A DNA stretch of 64,000 nt from Octopus sinensis (lineage: Eukaryota), in NCBI RefSeq assembly GCF_006345805.1, contig NC_042997.1, positions 90,582,001 through 90,646,000 of the forward strand, read 5' to 3'. The notes under the pieces are model-generated. The model saw only the letters and a program-made list of their open reading frames with translations, was not told where the DNA came from and ran no database searches. The translations under genes were made by a program, and so were the position numbers. This document shows, piece after piece, positions 53,752-64,000 of the stretch. The first letter of the stretch is position 1; each line of letters begins with the position of its first letter.

Positions 53752-54055
53752 TGACCCAGTGGTTAGGGCAGCGGATTCGCGGTCGGAGGATCGCGGTTTC
53801 GATTCCCAGACCGGGTGTTGTGTGTGTTTATTGAGCTTAAACACCTAAAGCTCCACGAGGCTCCGGCAAGCGGTGGTGGCGACCCCTGTTGTACTCTATC
53901 GCCCCAACTTTCTCTCACTCTTTCTTCCTGTTTCTTGAGTAACGCTGCGATGGACTGGCGTTCCGCCCAGCTGGGGGGGGGGGAACATACGCCATAGAAA
54001 CCGGGAAACCGGGCCCATGTGCCTGGCTAGGCTTGAAAAGGGTGCATAAATAATA
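53752..54055 (+). mobile_element. Family-C SINE inserted into a family-A SINE (-, ~53700-54230)
   Basis: ttgacta repeated at both junctions; the host SINE resumes at catcgaccccag. Confidence 0.8.
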
Positions 54056-54435
54056 AAAATAAATTGACTACATCGACCCCAGAGCTCAATTGGTACTTAT
54101 TTTTATCTACACCGAAAGGATGGACGGCCAAGTCGACCTCGGCGGAATTTGAACTCAGAATATAAAGACGGACGAAATGCCGCTATGCATTTTTTCTGGC
54201 GTACTAAAGATTCTGCCAGGTCGCCGCCTTAAGTTTACACTAGTCTATTACTATTTAAATTGATGAGATAAAAGAATGAGTTAAAGCCCGAAACACTAGG
54301 ACCTGTGAAATTTAATAAATATCACATTTCAAAAGAAATCTCAATTTTTCATTAGGTTTACTAGTTTGATTACTGAATGGCAACTTGTGTATTTTTCTTC
54401 CTTATTTAATCTACTATGAAATAGATAGATAGGTT

Positions 54436-54547
<112 letters not shown>

Positions 54548-54559
54548 TACACCCAATAC

Positions 54560-54890
54560 AGCCGTCATAAGGGACGCAAGATAGGCTTGATAACAAGTAA
54601 CATACTTTCGCAAATTGTGCGATGAGGAAGGACTTCACCAGCACTCAGCCGGCACTCTACAAGCTGAAAACCTGGAAAACCTGAAAGAAAATCGTTCAAA
54701 AACACAACGTATCACCCAGTATAGGAGTTGAGCCAGCGAACCCCTTGCCTTCATTCCCAGCAGACCACCAGTGCCCGACCTGCAGCAAAACCATCCGAGC
54801 ATGCATCACCCTGATCGGTCACAGCCAGACACACTGTGACCTATTTCTCCCATGAGATGTCCTGGCCATCGTCGACAGCGACGGACGAAT
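54560..54890 (+). mobile_element. RTE/BovB-like LINE 3' end
   Basis: HQCPTCSKTIRACITLIGHSQTH C2H2-like terminus followed by gtcctggccatcgtcgacagcgacggacgaa. Confidence 0.7.
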
Positions 54891-54901
54891 ATTTATATAT
54901 A

Positions 54902-55808
54902 CGAGGGGGTACCCAAAAGAAACCGGAATTTTGCAATATTATTTTATTCACTTAGTTTTATATGTTCGCACATTTATTGCCTTCAAAGCATTCTCCATTT
55001 GAAGAAATGCATCGGTCTAGGCGCGTTTTCCACTATTTAAAGCAGTGCTGGAGCTCTTGCGAAGTGATGCCTTTTAACGCCTCCGTCGTTTTTTTGCTCC
55101 ACTTCTTCCACATCTGCAAATTCCGTAGCACCAGCTTTCGTCTTCAGTGATGACCTTCGAAAAGAGATCGGGATCAACTTCCAACTGTCCTTTCAGTTCA
55201 CGACAGGCATTCAGCCGTAAATACTTTTGATCTTCCGCTAGCAAGCGAGGCACAAATTTTGTTGCAACTCATTTCATTTGCAATTCCTTGCTCAAAATTC
55301 GTTGGCAGGAGATCCAAGACACACCAGTCATATCAACAAGTTCATCAATGGTTCGGTGACGCTCTTCTATGATCAGTTCATGAATTTTCATGATGTTTTC
55401 ATTCGTTCGGCCGGTCGACGGTCGCCTTGAACGAGGTTGATCTTCAGGCGACAAGTGGTCATTCCTACCACTTATAAACTTGTTAAAACCACTCATAAAC
55501 TTGTGTTTTGTTCATGTCAACGTCCTTGTGATCTCTTTGAAGTACGACAACTGTTTCGGTCATCGTTTTACCGAGCAGAAAGCAGAAATTCACGGAAGCA
55601 CACTGTTCCTTCGTTCCAGCCATTGCAAAAATCAACGAACAGAGGAGAAGCACTGCAAAACAAAGACACACTACGACTCCACAGGACAACGCTGGTCGGC
55701 AGACTGATGTCTGAGGGTCGCATCAACCGGCTTCTAGCGGTAGAAGCCTAAACTACAAAGGGTTTGTCCCTATGACAACGTTTCCGGTTACTTTTGGGTA
55801 CCCCCTCA
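54902..55808 (-). mobile_element. Internally deleted mariner element
   Basis: ~27-bp TIRs (cgagggggtacccaaaagaaaccggaa / ttccggttacttttgggtaccccctca), TA TSD. EQCASVNFCFLLGK..KTQVYEWF; EDQPRSRRPST; QRILSKELQMK, then ..AKFVPRLL. No intact catalytic domain seen. Confidence 0.93.
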
Positions 55809-55903
55809 TATATATATATATATATATATTGTTTAGCCATAGCATGACTGGTGTAGAACTCAATATACGTATGGTCCAGATTACATTGAGTATAGAGTGG
55901 TAA

Positions 55904-56376
55904 TAGAAAACAAAGAGATGGCATCGGAAAAAAACAAATGTTATGTAATGAACTTCATTAGCTTACAGCTGTTTCTGAAATAAGATGTGGTGGACTCTTA
56001 GTTGAGTACCAGGGTATCATAATAATACTATAGCTTCATCAGAGCATCGAATATGAAATGCACTTTATTTGGGTTACATTTTTAGAACATTTTTAGAACA
56101 TGTAGGCGATCTAAAGTAACATTTTCCAGAACATACTGGCGTTATGAGTGAGAAAGTTGTGATAGAACTTTCCATGTTCAGCAATGTAAACTTTCTCACT
56201 CATAACACCTGTATGTTCTAAAAATGTACCTTTCCCAAATAAAGTGCACTTCATATTCAAAGCTCTGATGAAGCTATAGGATGATACTCAACTAAGAATC
56301 CACCAGATACTATAGCAAAAAAATGGAGTTCATTACATAACATTTGGTTTTTCCTGTGTCATCTCTTTGTTTTCTA
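55904..56376. mobile_element. ~470-bp hairpin element with decayed hammerhead motifs in both arms
   Basis: tagaaaacaaagagatg / catctctttgttttcta termini; - copy gct-CTGATGA..GAAAC-agct-GTA-agc (55961-56045); + copy CTGATGA-a-gctatag..ctatagc (56265-56316). Confidence 0.8.
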
Positions 56377-56915
56377 AATATATGTTATTGCAAGCTCACT
56401 TGTTATGCTGCGGTGGGCAAACATTTATTGCATTTTTGCGGAAAAATTTGCAAAAAATGGATCTATTCTATGCATGTGGTTTGTGAACTGTAACTCTCGG
56501 CGTATCGGCAGAATGAAATGTTGCCTTTCAGCAAGTAAATTAACATCCCAGTGCTGCAGCATGTATTACGTACTTAGTATACATTGTACATTTGAAACAT
56601 GCATAGGGATAAATAAATGCTTAATAAATAAAAGACATATGATGGATGAGGTAACAGAAGCAATGTAACTCAGAACAGACAATATAAGAAATACTACATA
56701 ATTATTTGCATTATTGAGCAGAATTACGCAATGGAAGCGAGTTAGTCCCTTACAGCAGAGATCCGAAGATCGAAACTACGTTCGGTGAAGAAATAGATTC
56801 TACTTTTGATATTCATACATTGCAACTGAGTTATATACAAAAACACTAAGCATGTGTACTTATGTATACACCGACAGGTAAGCACAAATTATATTATGCA
56901 ACAGAAATTTACAAA

Positions 56916-56928
56916 AGGTCGAAGGTCA
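56916..56928 (+). promoter_or_regulatory. Nuclear-receptor DR1-like element
   Basis: AGGTCG-a-AGGTCA in unique sequence. Confidence 0.35.
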
Positions 56929-57289
56929 GCAACTGACCGGGCTACACCAGAACCCGAGTAGCGAAGACAAGAAGACTGTTGCTTGTGAGTGCTACGAAGA
57001 AGACGACGAAATTTGTTGAGATTTTTGATAAACAATATTTATTCTTTCCATAAACAAAAGGAAATACTGTCGTTATTGCAAATGACGAAATGACGAAGGA
57101 GTTTGAATGTTATTGTTCTCAGTGTAATTATAATAGCAGTCAAAATGTTAGCTGCTGGTCGCTGTGTCGCTGTCACCCGTTGTTCATTGTGACTGTTATC
57201 AGCTTGGGTCAGCAGCTGTGCGTGTCTGTCCGCAGTCCTTCTGCAGCCTCGTCTCTGCTGTTTCTCGGTGCCCTCCCCAAACTCTCCCA

Positions 57290-57455
57290 ATGCTCTCTGT
57301 TAAGTAGCGAAGATGTGCTGAATATATACTGATGGATAGGCTCAGAGAGAAAGGCGCGAAAAGATGGTATTGTGGCTGGAACCAGTTCTCGGTGAAGTCG
57401 TGATTGGTCAGCGTTTATGCCACGTAGGTAATATTCTAACGAATCACGTCATCGG
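57290..57455 (-). promoter_or_regulatory. Candidate Pol II promoter
   Basis: On the minus strand, in order: TGACGTGA (57444-57451), TACGTGGC (57419-57426), CCAAT (57403-57407), TATA-like agtatatatt (57321-57330), followed by a unique CpG-richer tract. Confidence 0.45.
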
Positions 57456-58339
57456 GTGATTGTTGAATATTCCCGCTACATACACACACGCACATACACA
57501 CACGCACATACACACACACACAAATATATACACATACACACATTGTGTTTGTGTATATATGTATATATACACACTGGCACACATACACATGTATTTACAT
57601 ACGTGTGCATATCTATAAAAATGCGTATGTATACGTATATATATATATGAGATTCATACATAGTTAAATCGATAGAGTGTCAACACGATGGTTCGTGTCT
57701 TCATTGACGTTACAGTATTTTCCAACCAGAGCCCTTAACTCTCAATCAAATTGTCCACCTATATGTAAACAGTACCTTTCAGAGTTAGCTTACAAGGTTT
57801 AATTTCAAATTCGCCAATAGCTATGACCAGAGGTATTGAATTCCATTGGTCGTATTGATGGCTTGTGATTAAGAAGCTTGCTTTGCAGTCATTTGGTTTG
57901 AGGTTCAGTCTCGCCGTGCGGCACCTCGGGTGTCTTCTACTGCAGCTCCGGCTCAACCAATGGCTTGTGAGTATTCATCCTACTATAGGCATAGTATATC
58001 GACCCCAATGCTAAACTGGTACTTATTTTATCGACCCTGAAAGGATGAAAGGCAAAGTTGACTTCGACGAAATTTAAACTCTGAACGCAAAGCCAGAAGA
58101 AACGCCATTAAATATTTTTAAATCGTGCTAACGATTCTTATTTCTGTATTGCCTACAAGGGGCTAAATATAGAGGAGACAAACAATGACAAACAAAGGGA
58201 TTAAGTTGGATAACTGGTACTTAATTTATCGACCCCGAAAGGATGAAAAGCAAAGTCGACCTCGGCGGAATTTGAACTCAGAACGTAACGGCAGACGAAA
58301 TACCGCTAAGCATTTCGCCCGGCGTGCTAACGATTCTGC

Positions 58340-58960
58340 CATCTCGCTACCTTATGTATGTATGTATGTATGTATGTATGTATGTATGCATGTATGTGTG
58401 TATGTATGCATGTATGTATGTATGTATGTATGTATGCATGTATGTATGTATGTTGTATGTATGTATGTATGTATGATGTATGTATGCATGTATGTATATG
58501 TATGTATGTATGTATGTATGTATGCATGTATGTATGTATGCATGTATGTATTATGTATGTATGTATGTATGTATATGTATGTATGCATGTATGTATGCAT
58601 GTATGTATGTATGTATGTATGTATTATGTATGTATGCATGTATGTGTATGTATGTATGTATGTATGTATGTAGTATGTATGTATGTATGCATGTATGTAT
58701 GTATGTATGTATGTATGTATGTATGTATGTAGCATGTATGTATGTATGCATGTATGTATGTATGTATGTATGCATGTATGTATGTATGTATGTATGTATG
58801 TATGTATGTATGTATGCATGCATGTATGTATGCATGTATGTATGTATGTATGTATGTATGTGTGTATGTATGCATGTATGTATGTATGTATGTATGTATG
58901 TATGTATGTATGTATGTATGCATGTATGTATGTATGTATGTATGTATGTATGTATGTATG
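58340..58960. repeat. Long imperfect (ATGT)n tetranucleotide array
   Basis: Directly visible; similar arrays at ~32830, 37630, 50450 and 51130. Confidence 0.97.
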
Positions 58961-59061
58961 TATATGTGTGTGTCTTTCTATACATAACCCACGCCTGATA
59001 TACGTCTTACATTATTTAATGACAGTGTTGTCTTTAAGAAATATTTTTTAAATATCTAAAT

Positions 59062-59304
59062 CAGTGGTTCTCAACCATTTTTACCTATAGACCCCTTTGA
59101 TTCCTATTCCACTTGGGTTGACCCCCATAACTATTTGATGTTTTAAAAATCTTATTATATTTTAATAATTAAACATTATTAGGAATAGTATTTAACAAAA
59201 AAAAACTGTTAAAAATGGTAGAAGTGCGATCAATCTATTACACATAAATTTTAACAACAAAATCTTAGACCTTGGGTCATAGGGACCCCAGTTGTGAACC
59301 ACTG
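59062..59304. mobile_element. hAT-family MITE
   Basis: cagtggttctcaac / gttgtgaaccactg TIRs; 8-bp TSD atctaaat / atccaaat. Confidence 0.85.
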
Positions 59305-59499
59305 ATCCAAATGAAAATTCTCCTTGAAAGATAGATGGAATGTTAAACTTTCATCCGCCTGTCAGCTGTCTGCAATGAGTGAATGACAATAGTGATGTTG
59401 CTCTACAGTGCTTGCTGATCATAGTAACACAAAACGACATAGCAAAATATACGGGTCTTACATCCTGTATGGCAATGCTCTAGTGCAAAATATAAATAA

Positions 59500-59670
59500 C
59501 TAGCAGTATAGCCCGGCGTTGCTCGGGTTTGTTTTTTAGTTGCGCTTAAAACGGCAGACTTTGATGTCGCGTTAACAAAGTTTTTACATAGTTTCAATCT
59601 ATGAATAAAAGTATAGTGTGGCGATGCTCGAGTTTGCTCTGAATGTACTGCAAATGTGTAATGCTGACTT
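59500..59670 (-). mobile_element. Helitron 3' end fragment
   Basis: a|ctagcagtatagcccggcgttgctcgggtttgt, same terminus as 24804. Confidence 0.7.
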
Positions 59671-59747
59671 CAATTGTTGGTATTGTTGGTTAATATTCCT
59701 TCTATTAACATTATGAAGAAAAAATTTACCCGTAGATTTAAAGCAAA

Positions 59748-59843
<96 letters not shown>

Positions 59844-60429
59844 CCTTTCACTGATGTTAATGCTCTTCAGAAAGGAAACGTACGATACGATTCTATCGCT
59901 TCCTCCTTTCAAGCAAAGACAATCACTTCGATATTTAATGTCAACGGGAAACCAACTTGGAAACAAGGACAATCTTTGTCCGAAGACATTTTTGTATAGT
60001 TTCTAAAATGATATATGTGTTCAACGCGCCTGACAAAATGCTTAACATCATTTCTGAGTTCAAATTCTGCCGAGGTCAAATTTGCCTTTCAGCCTTTTAG
60101 TAGAAAAATTATATATGTGTTTCATGCTTTAAAGAGAATTCACTTCTGCAGGCCTCCTCAGTTATTCTCCATTAATTAGTTTTTTCTCATGTCTATAAAA
60201 ACTTTTGTCACCAAATTAACCGTTCGCCATTGCTACAATAACCATCATGAATCATGCCCTTCCTTCATACTCCTCAAAAACTGTTTCACTTGCTGGCTCT
60301 TTTTATATTAACTTTCCGCACTGAGATGACCGAAGTTGATATTTCAGAAAAGGTATCGATGATCCGTGAGATTAAATAAAGATTAATGTTACTGGCAACA
60401 AGGTGTCCAGCTTATAACATTAATCTCTA

Positions 60430-60598
60430 CTTAGGCGTAGGTATGGCTGTGTGGTTAAGAAGCTCATTTTGCGGCCATGTGTTTTCGGGTTCAGTCCCAT
60501 TGCGCGGCAGATTGGGCAAATTTCTTCTACTATAGCTTTGGACCGACTAATATCTCGTGAGTGAATCTGGTAGACGGAAACTGTAAAGAACACGTCGA

Positions 60599-60662
<64 letters not shown>

Positions 60663-60850
60663 TGAATATATATGGTTGTTTAAGTTTGATTGTGCGTGTC
60701 TTTGTGTTTATGTTGTATTTGTTCCCCCATCATCCCTTCATAATTGGTGTTGGTTTCTTTACGTCCCCATAAGATAGTGGTCCTACAAAAGTGACCGATA
60801 GAATAAGTATCAGACTTAAAAATAAGTACCGGGATCGAATTTTCGACTAA
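60430..60850 (+). mobile_element. Family-B SINE (diverged)
   Basis: Similarity to the other copies. Confidence 0.8.
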
Positions 60851-61329
60851 ATCCATCCTCTACCCAAGATCAATAACAATTTTAAGACGTCAACGGTAGT
60901 ATGGCTATAATTAGAGCGAGACATCAACTATAGTACAGTAGTCATTAGAGCGAGGTGTCAGTGGTCAATAGAGAGCGGTGTCAACTAGGATGTCAACTAT
61001 AGTATACAGGTCAATAGTGGGGGGTGCCAATGGTAGTGTAGTGGTGATGAGATAGAGCAAGATGTCAACGAAGTTCGAGTCCAACTAGGTTTTCACTTAC
61101 CTTTAAAATGAGTGCAACGCCCGCTTTGCTTAAAAAATATTAGTAAATATTATTACTTTGCCTTTCGTCCTTTCGAGGTAAATAAAATGAAGTACCATTC
61201 AAGTGTTGGACCGATATAATCGATTTGCCTCTTTCCCCCAAAACTGCTGATCTTGTGCCAAAATTAAATTTAGAAAGAATTATTACGGTTATAATTTATA
61301 TCATTGTTGCTATGTTAATATTGGTTTCA

Positions 61330-62090
61330 AATACTCCTCCAGCAAGTTGTCGGGAGGAGTATGTCGATTACATCGGTTCCAGTGATCAACTGGTACTTAT
61401 TTTATCGGCACCGAAACGATGAAAGGCAAAATCGACCTCGGCGGAATTTGAACTCAGAACGTAAGGACGGACGAAATGTTGCTAATCATTTTGCCCGGTG
61501 TGCTAATGATTCTGCCAGTTCACTGCCTTTGGTTTGAAATTTTGATACAAGGCCAGCAATTGTTAGGGCTGGTGCAAGTCACCGCCCTTGCTATTATGTT
61601 AATAACTAGTACTCCGTCGGTTACGACGACGAGCGCTCCAGTTGATCCGATCAACGGAACAGCCTGCTCGTGAAATCAACGTTCAAGTGGCTGAGTACTC
61701 CATATGTACCTTTAACGTAGTTCTCAGGAAGATTCAGCGTGACACGGAATGTGACAAGGTTGGACTTTGAATTATAACTACTACTCATTTTTGCCAGTTG
61801 AGTCGAGTGGAGCAACGTGAAATAAAGTGTCTTGCTCAAGGACACAACGCATCGCCGGGAATCGAAATTACGACCCTACGATCGTGATCCGAATACACTA
61901 ACCACTAAATTACACGCCTTCACTGGTATGTTATTACATCTTTAATTGGTTATTTGATCCTCAAATAATAATCCTTTCTACTATGAGCACAAGGCCTGGA
62001 TCTTGTGGGGATGGGTATTGTCGATTATATCGACCCCAGTGTTTCACTATTACTTAATTTATTGACCCCGAAAGGATGAAAGGCAAACCC
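61330..62090 (-). mobile_element. Cluster of family-A and family-D SINEs
   Basis: 61330-61570 and 61970-62090 match family A; 61610-61925 matches 25955-26290. Confidence 0.8.
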
Positions 62091-64000
62091 CCAAATGATA
62101 ATGACAGTAACATCTGGAATAAGTTTTTCTTTTTGCTTGTTCTTTCGGTTTGGTTATAAGTTGTTTTTTTTTACAGTATTCTAAAAATATGTTCACTTTC
62201 ACGATAGTGGATTAGTTGATTCAGGCAAGTTGACGGACAACTCACAGTAGTGGATTTCATCCCTTTTACTTTCTTAGTTCAAATATTCGCCGGAGATAAG
62301 ATAAAACTCCTGTCAATACTAGTCCATATAATCGATTTTCTTCTTCACTCAAAATCTATAATGTCGTACATAGATAGAAATAAATGTTACTTTCCTCGAA
62401 CTAATAATTTTTGAGTCTGTCGTATACAATGCTTTAGTTGGAAGTTCATTGATATTTATATCACCTACATCTATAGAAAGCAGCCTTTAGTTAAAACCAA
62501 TTGTTTAGTTACTTAACTAATTCCAGCGACTACATAGCATCTGATACTCTTTATATATAATGAGGGAAAAGCAAAACAAAAATAAAATAACAAAAAGAAG
62601 GTAAAAAGGTGAAGGACATCTGAATGTTTTTGTTGTTAAATCTTTTTGTAGTCTTTATGAATGGAAATATCTTATTTATGAGTCTTGGAAATGAATCTTA
62701 CCTCCGACATTGGTAACCTTTTAAAAGGCCGGTTTCAAAATGTCATTCGAATATATAGTTTCATGAGAGTCTCCACAAAAGCATAACGGTGATTCCATAT
62801 GACCTGTTCCTGAGAGAATATAATTTGAAGGAATATAGCTTGTTCATAGCTAACAGAGTATTCTATTAACGTTGTTCAATATTTCACACGTTTTAGATAT
62901 ATGCTGCTAAATCTGGTTGAGATATTGCCAACGGGGAAGTTTCTACGCATTTACTTGACTTACTAGAAATAGCAGACAAGTCTCTATAAATTACGCTCTA
63001 CCGTCTTAAAAAATAGTGAAAGGTAAAGAATACACTGAATGATGAGAGTGAATTTTCACATTTGAATACATATTACGACCAGATTATATCGTGATGCTAC
63101 TGGAAGAATAGAATCATTGGGAAGAAAATCAGTTACAGCTTAAGAATTTTAAACATATTTATATGCAGTTCCTTGGGCAAGTGACTTCTACTATAGTCCG
63201 GAGCCGACCAATGCTTTGTGCGTGCATTTGTTAGACAGAAGCAGTATGGAAACCCGTCGTATGTGTATGTGTGTGTGTGTGCGCGCGCGCGTTGTACGTG
63301 ATTGTGAGTATATATATATTTATCGATCTATCTATCTACCTATATACAGGTATACCTCACCCTGAGTCGTTAATTAGTATCAGGAGGCACGACTTAAGTA
63401 GAAAAATGATCTAAGTCGAATTGTTCGTTTATAGGCTAGGCTAGGCCTGGTCTAGCCTAGCCTAAACTGCTAACAGCCATTCCCCAGAACTGTACTTTAT
63501 TTATGAATACATTTTCGATAAGATATGGTAAATAAAAACGTATTTTAAGTTTACAAACAAAAGTATTTATTATTTTGTAATACAGTAAAAAAAAACTAAA
63601 GTATTTTAAATTTACCAATACGTACAATTTGGTAGTGTTCACATCGCTAATAGCCATTTCCCAGTGCTGTACTTTATTTATGAATGCATTTTCAATAAGA
63701 CACGGTTAATAAAAACTATTTTTAAGCTTACTAACAAATAATTATTATTTTGAAAACCCTTAACAGAAATCCCCTTCTCCTTATAATACTTTTCTGCTGC
63801 TGGGATAAAAATGATTAAAGAACCAAGCTTCAAAAATAATAACAGTAACCCACGCTTTTGACTTAGCCATCCTTATAACAGGGAGAGATGCCTTGGGTGT
63901 GTTCTTCAGGGCACGGGGGTTGTGTGCATGATACACAAGCAGTGGCTTTGATTTAAAATCTCCTGCACAATTTAAAATCTTAATTTAAAATCTCTTGCAC

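Noticed and set aside
57039-57332. ORFs of 80-83 aa across the candidate promoter island
   Set aside because: No recognisable domain or splice context; consistent with the locally higher GC.
62700-63100. Possible LINE zinc-binding C-terminus on the minus strand (ESPLCFCGDSHET)
   Set aside because: Too short and decayed to support as a feature without a search.

Overview
AT-rich, microsatellite-dense eukaryotic DNA. The SINE, Penelope and Helitron repertoire points to an octopod cephalopod (inference). Most of the window is decayed transposable elements: four tRNA-derived SINE families, L1/Tx1, CR1 and RTE LINE fragments, Penelope-like elements (PLEs), Helitrons, Tc1 and mariner relics, and hAT, piggyBac and mariner MITEs. 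There is a 100-N gap at 47439-47538. I can support only one host coding exon, a terminal exon at 49004-49668 (+). It encodes an acidic then S/T/P/Q-rich, transcription-factor-like C-terminus starting (E)LN, possibly the UbdA parapeptide tail of Hox Lox4/Lox2. The most striking pattern is a set of minimal type-I hammerhead ribozyme (HHR) motifs at about 8 loci, each with a palindromic helix III. They sit in PLE terminal regions and in non-autonomous fold-back elements. Some carry compensated core swaps (U3-A8, A3-U8), and one fold-back element has a tRNA-like Pol III head. Also notable are a duplication junction patched with two short sequences matching nearby decayed TEs, a candidate antisense promoter and a CTCF-like site. 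Almost all ORFs in the supplied track are microsatellite artefacts. TE boundaries without TIR or TSD evidence are approximate.
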